Shown here: one piece after another, positions 1-17,362 of the stretch
Numbering within the stretch: position 1 is the stretch's first letter
How the letters are laid out: each line of letters starts with the position of its first letter
Source of the DNA: the human T2T-CHM13v2.0 reference genome, Homo sapiens
Length of the DNA: 64,000 bases
NCBI RefSeq assembly: GCF_009914755.1
Contig: NC_060938.1
Reading direction: 5' to 3' (one strand)
Made by a program: the position numbers and the translations under genes
The notes under the pieces: generated by a model
The model's database searches: none
What the model was told of the DNA's origin: nothing
What the model saw: only the letters and a program-made list of their open reading frames with translations

Positions 1-141
1 GAATATCGTACACTGAGCCTGACGTCAGTGCAGGCGACAAGCTCGTACGGAGGGGAAGGAGGCACTCTTTCCATTCCCTGAGATTGACCTGTAGACCACT
101 AAGGTTCGATTTGGCCCTGTAGTTCTGTTATTTTGTGAGTA

Positions 142-473
142 TAGTCATCCCTTGGTATCTGTGAAGAATAGGTTCCAGGACCTCCCTCATATACCAAAAT
201 CCAAGGATGTTCAAGTCTCTGATATAAAATGGTATCATATATGCGTATAACCTACACACTTCCTCCCTGTACTTTAAATCATCTCTAGATTACTTAAAAT
301 ACCTAATACTATGTAAATGCTATATAAATAGCTATACTTTATTATTTAGGGAATAATAATGGGAAAAAAATCTGTACATGTTCAGTACAGATACAGTTAT
401 TTTCCTGACTATTTTCTGTCTGTGGTTGGTTGAATCCATGAATGCAGAACCCACAGACACGGAGGGCCAGCTG
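142..473 (+). mobile_element. MER2 (TcMar-Tigger MITE)
   Basis: Starts tagtcatcccttggtatctgtg, ends ggagggccagctg, TA on both sides; internal sequence matches recalled MER2 consensus. Confidence 0.8.
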
Positions 474-1066
474 TACTTGCAGGGCTGTCATGTGAGTTAA
501 AGCTGTGATTCATTCTATGCGGAACTAAGACCAATGACTGGAAGATGTAAGAAGATAGATGTTTACAATTTTAAAAACTCCATAGAGGTATAACAAAGAG
601 GTGATCTAAGGTACTAATTCTTAAAGGTGACCCCCAAACTTTGCATGCTGCCCCAAATTTCTCTCCAGAATTGATATTGGTTAGGTAGAACTGACTAGAG
701 GAAAGATTATTTTTAAACTGACTGGAAGAAAGGCTATTTTAAGATGGCTTTAAATTTAATTTTTCCTTTCTAGCCTAACATGATCCACAAAGTAATACTT
801 TGCTAGCTGGTTTTGTGTAGGGTAACTGTTTTTCAGAATAAGTTGCAAGGAATAGGGAAAAGTTGAACTGAAGATAACCTATATTATTTTATACTTAGAT
901 TTATATGGCTATTGAATAAAAGTAGCCTAAATTGATTTGAGTTGAAAGTATTGGCATTTTGAACGTTCTGTTGACCTCAGAATTTAAATATGTGAGTTAA
1001 AGTCTAATTCCAAAGGTTAGATTATAAATTAATAAAGAATATGATTTTTAAAAAAATAAAAAACAA

Positions 1067-1357
1067 GGCTGAGCACAGTGGCTCATGCCTGTAATCCCAG
1101 CACTTTGGGAGGCAAGGCAGGAGGAACACTTGAGCCCAGATACCCAAGACCAGCCTGGATAATATGGCAAAACCCCATCTCTACAAAAAATAAAAAATTA
1201 GCCAGGCATAGGGGCATGTGCCTATAGTCCCAGCTACTCAGGAGGCTAAGGTGGGAGGATCACTTTGAGCTTGGGAGGTCAAGGCTGCAGTGAGCTGTGA
1301 TCACAGTACACTCCAGCTTGGGTGACAGAGTGATACCCTCTCTCAAAAAATAAAATA
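1067..1357 (+). mobile_element. Alu, old (AluJ-like)
   Basis: Dimeric Alu with A-rich linker and tail, diverged. Confidence 0.9.
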
Positions 1358-1592
1358 ACTGAGCATATTGGTTTTGTTTATAAAAACTAGCAACTTAGTG
1401 TCAAGTATGTGCCAGAAAGGGGTCTGAGAAGTACAGTTATAAATCCTACCCTTGAAGGAAGTGAGGAGATGAAATAGTAATGTGAGGTTTTTCCTCATAG
1501 GTTTTAAATGACATTTTCAAACAGTGACTTTTTTTAATTTTTATTTTTTAGAAACTGCTGTGTTACAGAAAAGCATGTGACTTTCAGAATAA

Positions 1593-2294
<702 letters not shown>

Positions 2295-2575
2295 TAAAAA
2301 CCTACCAAATACTTTGTAACTAACTTTGTTTTTAAGTATACAGAGTAAGAGAGCTTTCCTTTTAGTGTTACAAAAAAATGAATCCATGGATTAAAAATCA
2401 TCAAACCATTGGGTGACAGGTTATTTTGATAATTATTCTTTTAGGATTAATCTCTGTAAAACATACTAAAGCAATAGTTAAAACTTACTAAAGAGTTTTT
2501 TTAAAAAACCCTTTTTGAGATAAGGAACTTTTCAATTTTGTGTTTCACTTTAAATAAGGAGCTTTGAGTTTTTAA

Positions 2576-3105
<530 letters not shown>

Positions 3106-3241
3106 TTAACAGACATAATTGTTCACAAAATTGTTTGATAACCCCTTTTACTTGCCTTTTCAAGTTTGACTTTTCTTTCTCCGTCTCCGTAGATTGCAGC
3201 TTTCTTTTCTTAGGTTAGTGTCCAGGTAGAAATGTTCAGCA

Positions 3242-5485
3242 TGTTATGGACTGAATATTTGTGTCTCTCCAGAATTCATATATTACAGTCTTAAACCCCA
3301 ATGTGATGGTATTTTGAGATGAGGCCTTTGGGAGGTAATTAGGTCATGAAGGTGGGTCCTTGGTATGATGGGACTAGTCCCCTTATGAGAAGAGGTACCA
3401 GAGAGCTTGATTTGTCCCTCTCTGTGCCATCTGAGGACACAGCAAAAATGTGGCCACCTGCAAGTCAAAGAAGAGAGCTCTCATCAAAACCTGACCATAC
3501 TGGCAGCCTGATCATGGTCTTTCGGCCTTCAGAAGTGTGAGAAAGTAAATTGATGTTGTTTAAGCCACTCAGCTTATGGCATTTTTTTATGGCAGCCCAT
3601 GCTGATTAAGATTTTGCTACCAAGAAGTGGGATGCCTTTGTACCAAATACCTAAAAATGTGGAAATGGCTTTGTAACTGTTGGTAATGGGTAGAGGCTGA
3701 AAGAGGTTTTTTTGTTTGTTTCTTTGTTTTGTTTTGTTTGAGATGGAGTCTTCACTCTCTTGCCCAGGCTGGAGTGCAGTGGCACAATCTTGGCCCACTG
3801 CAACCTCCGCCTCCTGGCTTCAAGTGATACTCCTCCCTGAGCCTCCTGAGTAGCTGGAATTACAGACATGCACCACCATGCCCGGCTAATTTTTATATTT
3901 TTAATAGAGACAGGGTTTCGCCATGTTGGCCAGGCTGGTCCCAAAGTCCTGACCTCAAGTGATCCACCCGCCTCGGCCTCCCAAAGTTCTGGGATTACAG
4001 GCTTGAGCCATCACACCCAGCCAAGGGTTTTGATGTGCATGCTAGAAATATGGACATTAAGGGTGATTCTGATGAAGTCTGAAGTCCCCTGAACCCAGAG
4101 GAAAGGCAGTCCTTGTTACAAAGCGTCAAAGAACTTAGCTGAACTGTGTCCTAGTGTTTTGTGGAGCCATGAAGTTGGATACCTACGTAAGGAGAGTTCA
4201 TAGCAGTGTTGAAAGGAGCAGTTGGCTTCTCCTGTTTCTAGTAAAATGTGAAAGGAGAGAGATGGATTGAAGAAGGGATTGTTAAGCAAGAGAAGGAACC
4301 AGAACTTGAAGATTTGGAAAATTTTCAGCCTGGATTATCCATATTGTAAAACATGAGAAAGCATATTCTGAAGAGAACACCAAAAGTGTGGGGCTGGACT
4401 GTCCCTCAGTAAAGAGCTTTTGGCATTATGTGAGTAGAAACACTGCCAGTTTGAATTGAAGTGGTTGGAGACAGGAAGTAATGAAGGCCGACAGTTGAAC
4501 TTCTTGGATTTGACGGGATGTAATGATAGAACTGTTCAGCTACAAAAGTGCAGTATTCTTCAAGAAAAGGGGAAAATTATGCCAAAGGTGATTTAAGGGT
4601 CTTGAGGGCTACCACCTGTTTCAACAAGTCAGCTAGCCTCTACCCAAAGCCTCGGGAGCAGAACTGAACTTCAGAGCCACAGAAGCAGGACCCTCACCTA
4701 GAGCACTGGCGGTGACCTGCCACCCCAGTGGCCTGGTGGGCAGAGTATGGAACCAAACAGAATTATTCTCAAGCTCTAAGATCTAATGGAATTTGCCTTG
4801 CTAGGTTTTGACTTCCTTGGGATCATCACCCTTTTTTTCCTGTTTCTCCTATTGGAGTGGGGATGTCTCTTCTATACCTGCCCTACCCTTAGATTTTGGA
4901 AGCACGTAACTCATCTGGTTTCACAGATTCACAGCTGGAGAGGAATTTTGCCTCAGGATGGATTGTACCTAGGTCTCATCCATATCTGATTTAGATGAGA
5001 CTTTGAATTTTAGCCATCAGAGTTAATGCTAGAATGAGTGAAGACTTTGGGGGATATGGGGATGGAATGAATGTCTTTTGCATTTGAATTTGGAAAGGAC
5101 ATGAGTTTTGAGGGGCCAGGGATGGAATGTTATAGACTAATTGTGTTCCCTCAAAAATGTTTATGTTGAAGCCCTAACCCCCAATGTGTTGGTATTTGGA
5201 GATGGGCCTCTGGGAGGTAGTTTATGAAGGTGAGACCCTAGTCTGATAGGATTAGTGCCCTTAGGAGAGATGCCAAAGAGCTTGATGTCTCTCTTTTTGC
5301 TACAAAAAGACACAGCAAAAAGGCAGCCATGTGTAAGCCAGGAAGAGAGTCTTCACCAGAACCTGACTATACTGGCAGCCTGATCTTGTACTTGTAGCCC
5401 CCAGAACTGTTAGAAAATAAATTTCTGTTGTTTAAGCCACTCAGTCTATGATATTTTGTTATGGCAGCCCAAGCTGATTAAGACA
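3242..5485 (+). mobile_element. MaLR (MLT1A/MST-type) element: LTR ~3242-3610, internal region, LTR ~5128-5485
   Basis: Two related LTRs (tgttatggactgaa...ctgattaaga) flanking an internal region that ends in purine-rich gaggggccagggatggaa. Confidence 0.8.
3707..4022 (-). mobile_element. AluS inserted in the MaLR internal region
   Basis: Reverse-strand dimeric Alu with (tttg)n tail. Confidence 0.9.
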
Positions 5486-7182
5486 AGGCATTTTAAAATA
5501 TTTAGTCAGTTTGGGCACTGAAACTGACCTGTCCTTGGGTGTCTGTTTGCAATTTCTTAACTTTTAGTCTCTTCTAGTTACACTACATTTATGAACCAGA
5601 GGACAATGTAATGCCCATGTAATTCTTCACCTAATCAAAAACGTAAGGGGAGGATTAATCAACAGGAAATCCATTTATAATTGGTTTTTTAATACCTCTA
5701 CCATTTACTGACTATAAAATATATTCCAGTTAAATACTTGATTTTGAAAAGTTAGCATTAAAATTGAGTTTAAATGTGTGTATACACATGATTGCCTTTA
5801 AAATATTTAAATTTATAAGGTGGTTATTTTCAGAATACAAATTCTTGAGTTACTGTCTCCGTATCCCATTTCTGAGATCAGAAATTGAATGCCTGATGTA
5901 ATCTTTGGATTCAAAATGAATCCTAGGTTCTTTAATTTTAAAAAAGAATCTTTTAATTTGGTTTTCCCGACATTCTGCATTATTCATTTCTAAAAGTACA
6001 TAAAAGGTTTTTTACTAAAATCTTGTTGGATTTAATATATAGTTTTAATGTTTAAGATTTGATAATTACAAAGAGTTTTTTGTTTTTGTTTATCTGTAAC
6101 TAAAAAGACAAAGCCAGTCCCCACATCTATTTTTAAAGAAGAAAATGACTAGTTTATCCAGAAAAATCACCTCCAGTTTCACTTTTGATTAAGAAAATAA
6201 TAGAATTGAGATCATCTCTAGACAATAGGTGTGATACTGCTGCCAAATGATGTATGAAATGCATGGACTCTTCAAATTTGGACAGTTGTCAGATAAATTG
6301 TTTCTTAATTTTATTTCAGAAGATATGAAAGGGAGCAGAAGAGGCGAACCCCGCAGTGTAGTAATATTTTCCTTCCCCATTCTTTACCTAGTACAGTTGT
6401 ATAATAATACTTTTAAATGACTTCTTCTGTGCATTTTAATTTTTATCAAAGACAGACATTAAATCTACAATGCTTAGCTCAGACACTCAGGAATTGTTTG
6501 AATGAATGATACACATTTATATCATCTTAGCCACTGTAGAAAAAATCTTTTTTCTTGGCATGTGGATCTTAGTGAGTGTGCAAAATTTGAAACATTTTTA
6601 TAGCTGTTAGGTTCCAAACTAAGTTTTCATCTTAAAAACTGAGATTTTTTTTTACCTTAGAAAATTTCTATTACATTATCATAAGTATTAGAATTTAAAT
6701 TATCAGAAGTATTATAATTTAAGTGTTTTTCCATATTAAAGAATTAACCACAATAATGATCCATTTGGAGCTAAGTCCTATATACAGGAGAATAATCACA
6801 ATGTTTGATTACTTCAATTATGTTATCCTTGTATACGAATACTTTACTTTGCCATTGCTTATTGTTAAAGGACCAAAAGAGATTTAGGGGTAGAATCTAG
6901 TTTTGATAAAAGATTTTATGAGCATACATTATTTTTACACAAATTATCCTATCCTTGATAGAGGAGTGTTGTCTTGGGGGAAAAAAAAGTGTACCAATCT
7001 ACATGTTTTCCTTGACCTTCCTGCGGCTTACTATTTATGTGTGGTTTGATTTTCTTGATTTTCTGTTACTTGAATGGTTTCTACTCAGAATGAAATGAAT
7101 TTTATTTTAACAAAGTATTGTCCTCTAATTTAACATCACATTGTTAATGTTTTGCTCATTAATTCTCTGCTCATAAAAATTT

Positions 7183-7554
<372 letters not shown>

Positions 7555-7639
7555 TTACTATGTTATATCCATAATTGCTATACATTTGCTTTGGGGCTGT
7601 CAACATATTCTTAAGTGGATAATTATTTCAGAAATTGTC

Positions 7640-8029
<390 letters not shown>

Positions 8030-8956
8030 TAGTTGTCTCTTTTGAATGTTATCTTTGGTACCCCAGAAGTACTCTGACCTTATTGGTCTCTGGACACAGT
8101 GTTTACTAGCATTATTTTTAAAAATTTAGTAATATATTGATAATGTTTGTACTCTGTGCTTTAAAATTAAATTATTTGAAGCAGTTTGATGATGGTACAT
8201 TTAACTGTTAAGTGCTGTGCCAAGTTTGAGTTTCTCCACTTAAGGTAGAAGTAGTCACTACTTTATGAGGAAATTGTAGTGTGCAAGTTTGTGTTCTCAG
8301 ATTCATACCACTGCTTATACAAAATGGAAGTGTTGTAAATGCTAGTTAAGTTCTTAGGTTAAGCTGCAGAGATACAGTCATAACCTGAGTTGCGCATTTC
8401 TGATATTAACCGTTCTAATGTTAAATTCTGGGTCCTGGGAGCGGGACAGTACAAGACAAAGAGGAAGAGAAGAGCTTTCCCTCTTTCTTAGCTGCTAATG
8501 TATGAATGTGGGTAAGGCTTTGACTTTCCAAAGTTACTTGAAATTTTAAATTATAAAATTTTAAAACTCTGAAGAATCATTGGTAGAATTTCAGCCAATG
8601 TAGTAGTTTAGACATTTAGGGGAGAAATGTTTTTGCTCTGGCCTCAGTTGTTCAGTTTTACAAATTCCTGTATTCAATTTTCTTACTACTCAGTGATGGC
8701 TTTTAATTACTTCCTCCTCCTTTGCACATTTGAATTAACATATTCTCTAAATGCTAAGCTTGTACACAATTGTATAGGGGTAGTTGCTGATGTAGAAGGA
8801 CACTTGTCACAATTTGTATGTATTGATCATTTGTAAGTTGGGACTAAGACTTTTCTGTGGTGTGTGTGTGTGGTTTTTTTTTTGGAAGGGAGTGTGTTGT
8901 TATTCTGTGTTGCTTTGCTTTTTCTTAAAAGATCCTCTTCTATATATTTCGTGTGA

Positions 8957-10119
<1,163 letters not shown>

Positions 10120-10198
10120 TAATAGTATTTTCCTATTGCTAAGTTTTATTGTAATTTTGTTTAATAGTTTGCTTAGATTATCTAATTCTACCTGATAA

Positions 10199-10683
<485 letters not shown>

Positions 10684-10685
10684 TA

Positions 10686-11925
10686 CAGTCATGCACTGCA
10701 TAAGGACGTTTCAGTCAATGACAGACCACATATACAACGGTGGTTTCATAAGATTATTATGGAGATGAAAAATTCCTATCAGCTAGTGGTATAGCCCTTG
10801 TAGGGTAGCTCATTACTCACGTGTTTGTGGTGATGTTGGTGTAAACAAACCTACTGGGCTGCCAGTCATATAGAAGTATAGCATATACAATTGTGTACAG
10901 TATGCAGTACTTGACAATAAGCAACTACTGGTTTATGTACTTACTGTGCTTTTTATTATTTTAGAGTATATTCCTACATATTAAAAAAAAAGTTGACTGT
11001 AAAACAGCCTCAGGCAGGTCCTTCAGGAGGTATTCCAGAAGAAGGCATTGTTATCATAGGAGATGACAACTCCATGTATGTTATTGCCCCTGAAGACTTT
11101 CCAGTGGAACAAGATGTGAAGGTGGAAGACAGTAATACTAATGATCTGACCTTCTGTAGGCCTAGACTGATACGTGTTTTTGTATCTTCATTTTTGACAA
11201 AAAAGTTTTAAAAGTTAAAAATTTTTAAATAGAAAAAAACTTATAGAATAGGGATATAAAGAAAAAATGTTGAGCAGCTGTACAATGTGTTTTAAGCTAA
11301 GTGTCATTACAAAACAGTCAAAAAGTAAAAAAGAAAGTATAAAATAAAAAAGTTATAGTAAGCTGAAGTTAATTTATTACTGAAGAATGAAAAATATTTT
11401 AAAAATAAATTTAGAGTAACCTAAGAGTACAGTGTTTTAAAAATCTACAGTAGTGTATAGTAATGTCCTAGGACTTCACATTCATTCACCACTCACTCAC
11501 TCACTTAGAGCAACTTCTAGTGCTGCAAGTCCCATTCATAGTAAGTGCTCTATTCAGGTATACCATTTTTTATCTTTTATAATGTATTTTTACTGTACAA
11601 TTTCAATGTTTAGATACACAAATACTTAACATTGTGTTACAGATGCCTATGGTATTGAGTACTGTAACATTCAGTACAGGTTTGTAGCCTATGAGCAATA
11701 GGTTATAACATATAGCCTAGGTATGTAGTAGGCTATACCACCTAGGTTTGTGTATGTACGCTCTATAATATTCACTCAATGATGAGTCTCGTTATTAGTG
11801 AACATATGTTTTCATTTATCTTGGGTATACCTACCTAGGACTGGAATTTCTGGTTGTATATAGGAACTCCATGTTTAATACTTCAAGATACTGCAGAACA
11901 CATTTCTTAGAACATATCCTTCTCT
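10686..11925 (+). mobile_element. Tigger3-family DNA transposon (Tigger3b-like), disrupted 3' end
   Basis: TA|cagtcatgcactgcataaggacgtttc terminus and internal sequence match recalled Tigger3b; right TIR not found. Confidence 0.75.
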
Positions 11926-12583
11926 GGCCAGACACGGTGGATCACGCCTTTAATCCCAGCACTTTGGGAGGCTGAGGTGGGCGGAGGGGTGTGTTTATCT
12001 AGTTTTCTTTCCTTGTGATATCATTGCCTGGTCCCCTAAAATGAGTTAGGAAGTGTTCCATACTCTTCTATTTTCTGGTAGAAGTTGGTGAAGGATAGGT
12101 ATTGATTATTCGTAAATGTTCTGTAGTATTCAATATGTATCTGAAATGTTTTGTGGTATGTAATATTTTGTAGTATTGAAGCCATCTGAGCCTCAGCTTC
12201 TCTCTGTGGGTAGTTTTTAAATTATTCAATCTCTTTACTTTTTGTAGGTTATTCAGATTTTTTATTTCTTCTTGAGCCAGTTTTAGTAATTTGTGTCTTT
12301 CTAGGAACTTGTCAATTTCTGCATTATCTAATTTGTGGCCTACAGTGGTTCAGCCTTAAAGCATAGTTAGTACACTGTCAGCTCTCTTTAGTGTTACTGT
12401 TTTTTTTTTTTAAGAACAAACTTTAAAATATAGTCTTGTTTATTAATTATGAGGTTGGAGAAAATTAACAAAAAAATCAAAGAATAAGATTTATTTCTTC
12501 AAAAATACTGGGGCAATAATAAAATTACTGTATAGTCTGTCTTATATGATCTTGAAAATTCATGAAAAATCTTCTAAGGATAA

Positions 12584-12979
<396 letters not shown>

Positions 12980-14324
12980 TAAATGGGTTGTGCTCAAGAA
13001 TTTCTCACTAATGTATTTAAAGTACAAAAAAATAACAAACAGGAAAACAATCTTTTTATCCAACCATAAGATAGCATAACAACCATAACAATTTGATGTG
13101 TAGGCAGAAAGACTAAATATGAAATTAGAAGTTTATCTCCTGCTCCTTGTTTTCATCTAAATTAAGTTACAAAATAAAAATACTCAGGGAAATTTTTATT
13201 AAGGTGATTTTATAATTTTTTAAATACATTTTCTTGAATAAATTCAGATTACAATGCACCATCGAAACATGGAAACACCTTTCCCCGAAGATTTTCATGA
13301 ATTTATAATGAGTTCATGTCAAGTAAATGCAGTAGCATACGTTCATAAAGTTTAGTGAAAACTAGCTTTACATAATATCAGCTTGAGGAGCAGATGGAGT
13401 TTTGTTCATGCTTTATGAGTTACAGAGACTTAAGCAGTCTGGACAAGATAACATAAAAACTTCGGTCAGTGATCAGTAGGTACGGTAGCCTCCCAAAATG
13501 AAATGCTATTCAGTTACTAGCAAGATAATAGGTTTTTGATGACAGTAAACTAATGTTATGAGTTTTAATGCTTTTGTCAAACACTAACTGTAAATTTTAA
13601 CTGTATTGTACTTCTCAAGGTTGGTTTTAGATAAGGTATAATTTGATGACACTAGTGTGTCATCTCCTGCCATGTGCTTTAACCCCTGAAACTTGTTTTT
13701 AAAATGACAGATAACTTTCTGACAAACTCATTCTAGGCAGAGTAACAATTTAAGATTAGAATTTTAATAAAATGCTTACTTCAGGTTGAACTTTTCTAAT
13801 TATTATGTGAGATGATTTATGAGAAAAAAATATTTTATCTTTGTACTACAGATGTTTTGTGAATAGTCATTTGTCTTATAGAAAATAGTCTATACTTACA
13901 ATACTTTTATCCAGTGTTAATTAATTTTCATTATGTAATGCTGTTTTATTTTTTAAAACACCTGTGGGGTTAAACTCCCATCAGAAATAGTAATTAGATA
14001 AAAATTATACTTTATTATCAAACCAATTATACTCAACCAAGAATTGCGTTATAAAGTATTTTCTGGTGGGGAAAAAAGCAATGAAATAATATTTCACATA
14101 CATCAGAGTGGCAAAAATGTAAACAATTTGACACTACCAAGTATTGGCTAGGGCATGGGGAACAAGAACTTTCAGACCTTTCTGGAAGGAAATGTAAATT
14201 TGTACAACCACTTTGAAGAGTTAAATGGTAGTCTGTAATAAAGATGTATATATCCCGTGGCTCAGGGATTCCAGTTTTAGATTCCATGATTTAGTGATTC
14301 CAGTTCTAGAGAAATTCTAGTACA

Positions 14325-14795
14325 TGTGTTTTGGGGGGTCCTCAAGACTACCCCAGGTTTGATGGTTCACTAGGAGGACTGACAGCTAAGATTTATTACA
14401 CCAAAAGGATGCAGAGCAAAATCAGCAAAGGGAAAAATCATAAGGAGTAAAAGAGACCAGGTGCAAGTCTCCAGGAGTTGCACAGAGTTGCACAGAATGT
14501 GCTTAATGCCCTGGCAACAAGTTGTGATGTGTGATATGTTGACTGCCAGAGAAACTCATTTGAGACTCAATGCCCAGGGCTTTTACTGCAGGCTGGTCAT
14601 GCAGGCGCTGTCTGCCTAGGACATACCAATACTCCAGAATCCCAAAAGGAGAGCAGATGTTCAGTATATACTATATTGTTTGTACAGTTAGACACAATAC
14701 GAGAGTCTTATCAGGTAGGGGGTTCCCAGATGCCAGGCAAGGACCAACCATATAAGCAGACCTTTTGAAGGATAGTAGTTGGTTCTGGTATGTTA
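14325..14795. mobile_element. MER21-type LTR inserted in an old L1 (L1 fragments ~14060-15130)
   Basis: ggggtcctcaagactaccccaggtttgatggttcactaggaggac matches recalled MER21 terminus. Confidence 0.65.
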
Positions 14796-15467
14796 ACACT
14801 GTTCTGAACCACATATTGTACAAGCCGACTTGCACAAAGATAATTTCTGCAACATTATTTACAATAGTGAAAAGTTGGAAACATCTGAAAAGTTTATCAA
14901 TAAGGAAATGAATACTCAAATTCAGTTAAATTGATACAATGTATTTTCGACAGCAGTTATAAATTTTAGCTGTTTGCCATAGATGTGGGCAAATCTCATT
15001 AATAAAAGTATTTAGAGAAAAACTAAATTTAAAAAGTATTTGTATGGTATGTAGCATTTTATGTACATTTTTAAACCACAAAACACTTTTTATATGTTTA
15101 TATCCATGTATAAAAATGTCAAAAATATTTTAAGTCATGACTGTCAAGCTGCCTTTTATAAACTCAATACTTTTCCTAATATAATTAACATGTATTTAAG
15201 ATTGTATACAACAACTTCTAATTTGTTTTTCTGGAAAATCCTTGAGTTTTTATGTAGTATCACCTGTAGATTATCTGTTCCAACTGCTCTTGTAAAGAGT
15301 TAATTTAATGCCTCCTGATACACATGAATAGTTATTTCTGTTCTTGACCTAATGAGAGGGTAGGAGTCGTGAATCAGTTCTAGATGTCTTTTTAGTTTTG
15401 AAGATTCACATGGCAAAATAAAAGAAGTTTGAAAATGATTTTCTTTTTTTTTTTTTTTTTTTTCTAA

Positions 15468-15605
<138 letters not shown>

Positions 15606-15929
15606 TAGTATTTTTATAGTTCATGTGTAAAATTTTACCTGTTATGTTCACATCAAACACTCAATTTGAAAGAAGAATATCTTTTCAATTACCTGTGAAA
15701 ACACCTAGGGATTTTTAAAGTATATTTCAATAAGCACATGTTGATAGGTGGACTAATGTTAATTGTATAATAGAGCATGGTAGCAAAATATACCTGCTTC
15801 CTTTTCTTCCAGTCCTATTCTTGTTATCTCTGTCAAGTTGAGCATCTCAAAAGTGTGAATCAGTAATTTTTTTTTAACTCCTATATCATTTAAGCATTCT
15901 CAACTTAATAAAAACTGTCTTCTAATCCT

Positions 15930-17075
15930 ACTGCCCCTACCTGCTATACCCTATTTGTCTCCTTCCTTGAAGAGCAAAATGGCCTTATTAGAGCTGTTTA
16001 TAATTGTATCTCCAATTTAATTTCTTTCATTCTATCTTCAACTTACTCTAGGTTTTTGACCCTACTACTCCACCCAGCCTGCTCTTGTCAAGGTCTCTAG
16101 TGACTGGCACATTGCTAAGTCCAGTGATCAACTCTCAGAACCAGTCTTATTCGAACCATCAGCAGCATTTTACACAGCTATTCTCTTCTTTTCACTTGTT
16201 TCATGGGTTACTTCTCTACTTTGTGGTTCCTTCTCTTTTCTTTGACCTTTTAACACAAGGGTGTCCCAGAGCCTAGTAGTCCTTGCTGACAACTCTGTCC
16301 TTCTGGTTGTTCAGGCCAAAAATTCTAGAGTCATGTTTAACTCCTTTTTCACTTGTATACTCCCACGCCCAGTCCGACAAGAAATCCTATGGGCTCCACC
16401 TGTAAACCATATTCTGTATCCCATCTCTTTTTACCACCTTGGTCCCAGCCACCTTGATCCCTTACCTGGATAATTGAAATAGCCTCCTAATTGGTCATCC
16501 TGCTTCCACCTATGTGCCCCTACAGTATACTGTCAGCCAGAATGATCTTTAAAATCTAAGTCAAACCATGTCACTTCTGTAGTCAAAACCCTGCAGTGGA
16601 TCTCTTCTTTCATTTAGAGTAAAAGCCAGGCTCTAAATGGCTAGGCTTCCTATTCCCTCTTTGGCCTTTATTGCTTTAACCCTCTCACTCTATTCCAGCC
16701 TCCTGGCTATTCCCTCTGCCTAAAACACTCTACTTGCATATAATCACCTAACTCCCTCCCTCACCACTTTCAGGTCTTTGCTCAAATGTCACCTCCTCAG
16801 TGAGATTTCCTATGGCCATCATATTTAAAATTACACTCCCACTCTTATCCCAGCACTCCCAACCCCCCCTTGCCTTGCTTTACTTTTTCCTTATTTTTAT
16901 AGTACTTATACCTTCTCACAAACTATGTAATTTACTTATTAGTTTTACTGGTGATTACCCATGTCCCTCACTTTATAAGTAGTATCATAAGCACAGGGAT
17001 CTCTTGTTTTTATTCAGGAATACATCCTAAGCCCCTGAAACAGTGCCTGGCACAGAATAGGCCTTTAACAAATGT
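15930..17075 (+). mobile_element. L2 LINE remnant
   Basis: Pyrimidine-rich L2 body ending in cagtgcctggcacagaatagg-type 3' end. Confidence 0.7.
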
Positions 17076-17175
17076 TTTGTTTTGTTTTGTTTTATATAAT
17101 GAATAGTAAGTGAATTTTTTGTACTAGCACAGATTGGATAAAATCGCTAGTGACTAAAAAGCTGTCTCTTTAGTC

Positions 17176-17362
17176 CAGTGGTTCTCAAAATGCAGTGCCC
17201 TGACTAGTATTAGTAATATTTCCTGAGAACTTGTTAGAAGTGGAAATTCTTGGGCCCTACCCTGAACCTACTAAGTTAGAAACTCTAGGGGTGGGATCAG
17301 CAACCTGTATTTCAAACAGCGCTCCGAGTGATGCTGACTCACCTACAGATTGAGAACCTCTG
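17176..17362. mobile_element. MER5A (hAT-Charlie MITE)
   Basis: TIRs cagtggttctcaa / ttgagaacctctg; 8-bp TSD ctttagtc/ctctagtc. Confidence 0.85.

Noticed and set aside
10993-11211. 72-aa ORF MTVKQPQAGPSGG...
   Set aside because: Internal Tigger3 sequence; no intact transposase
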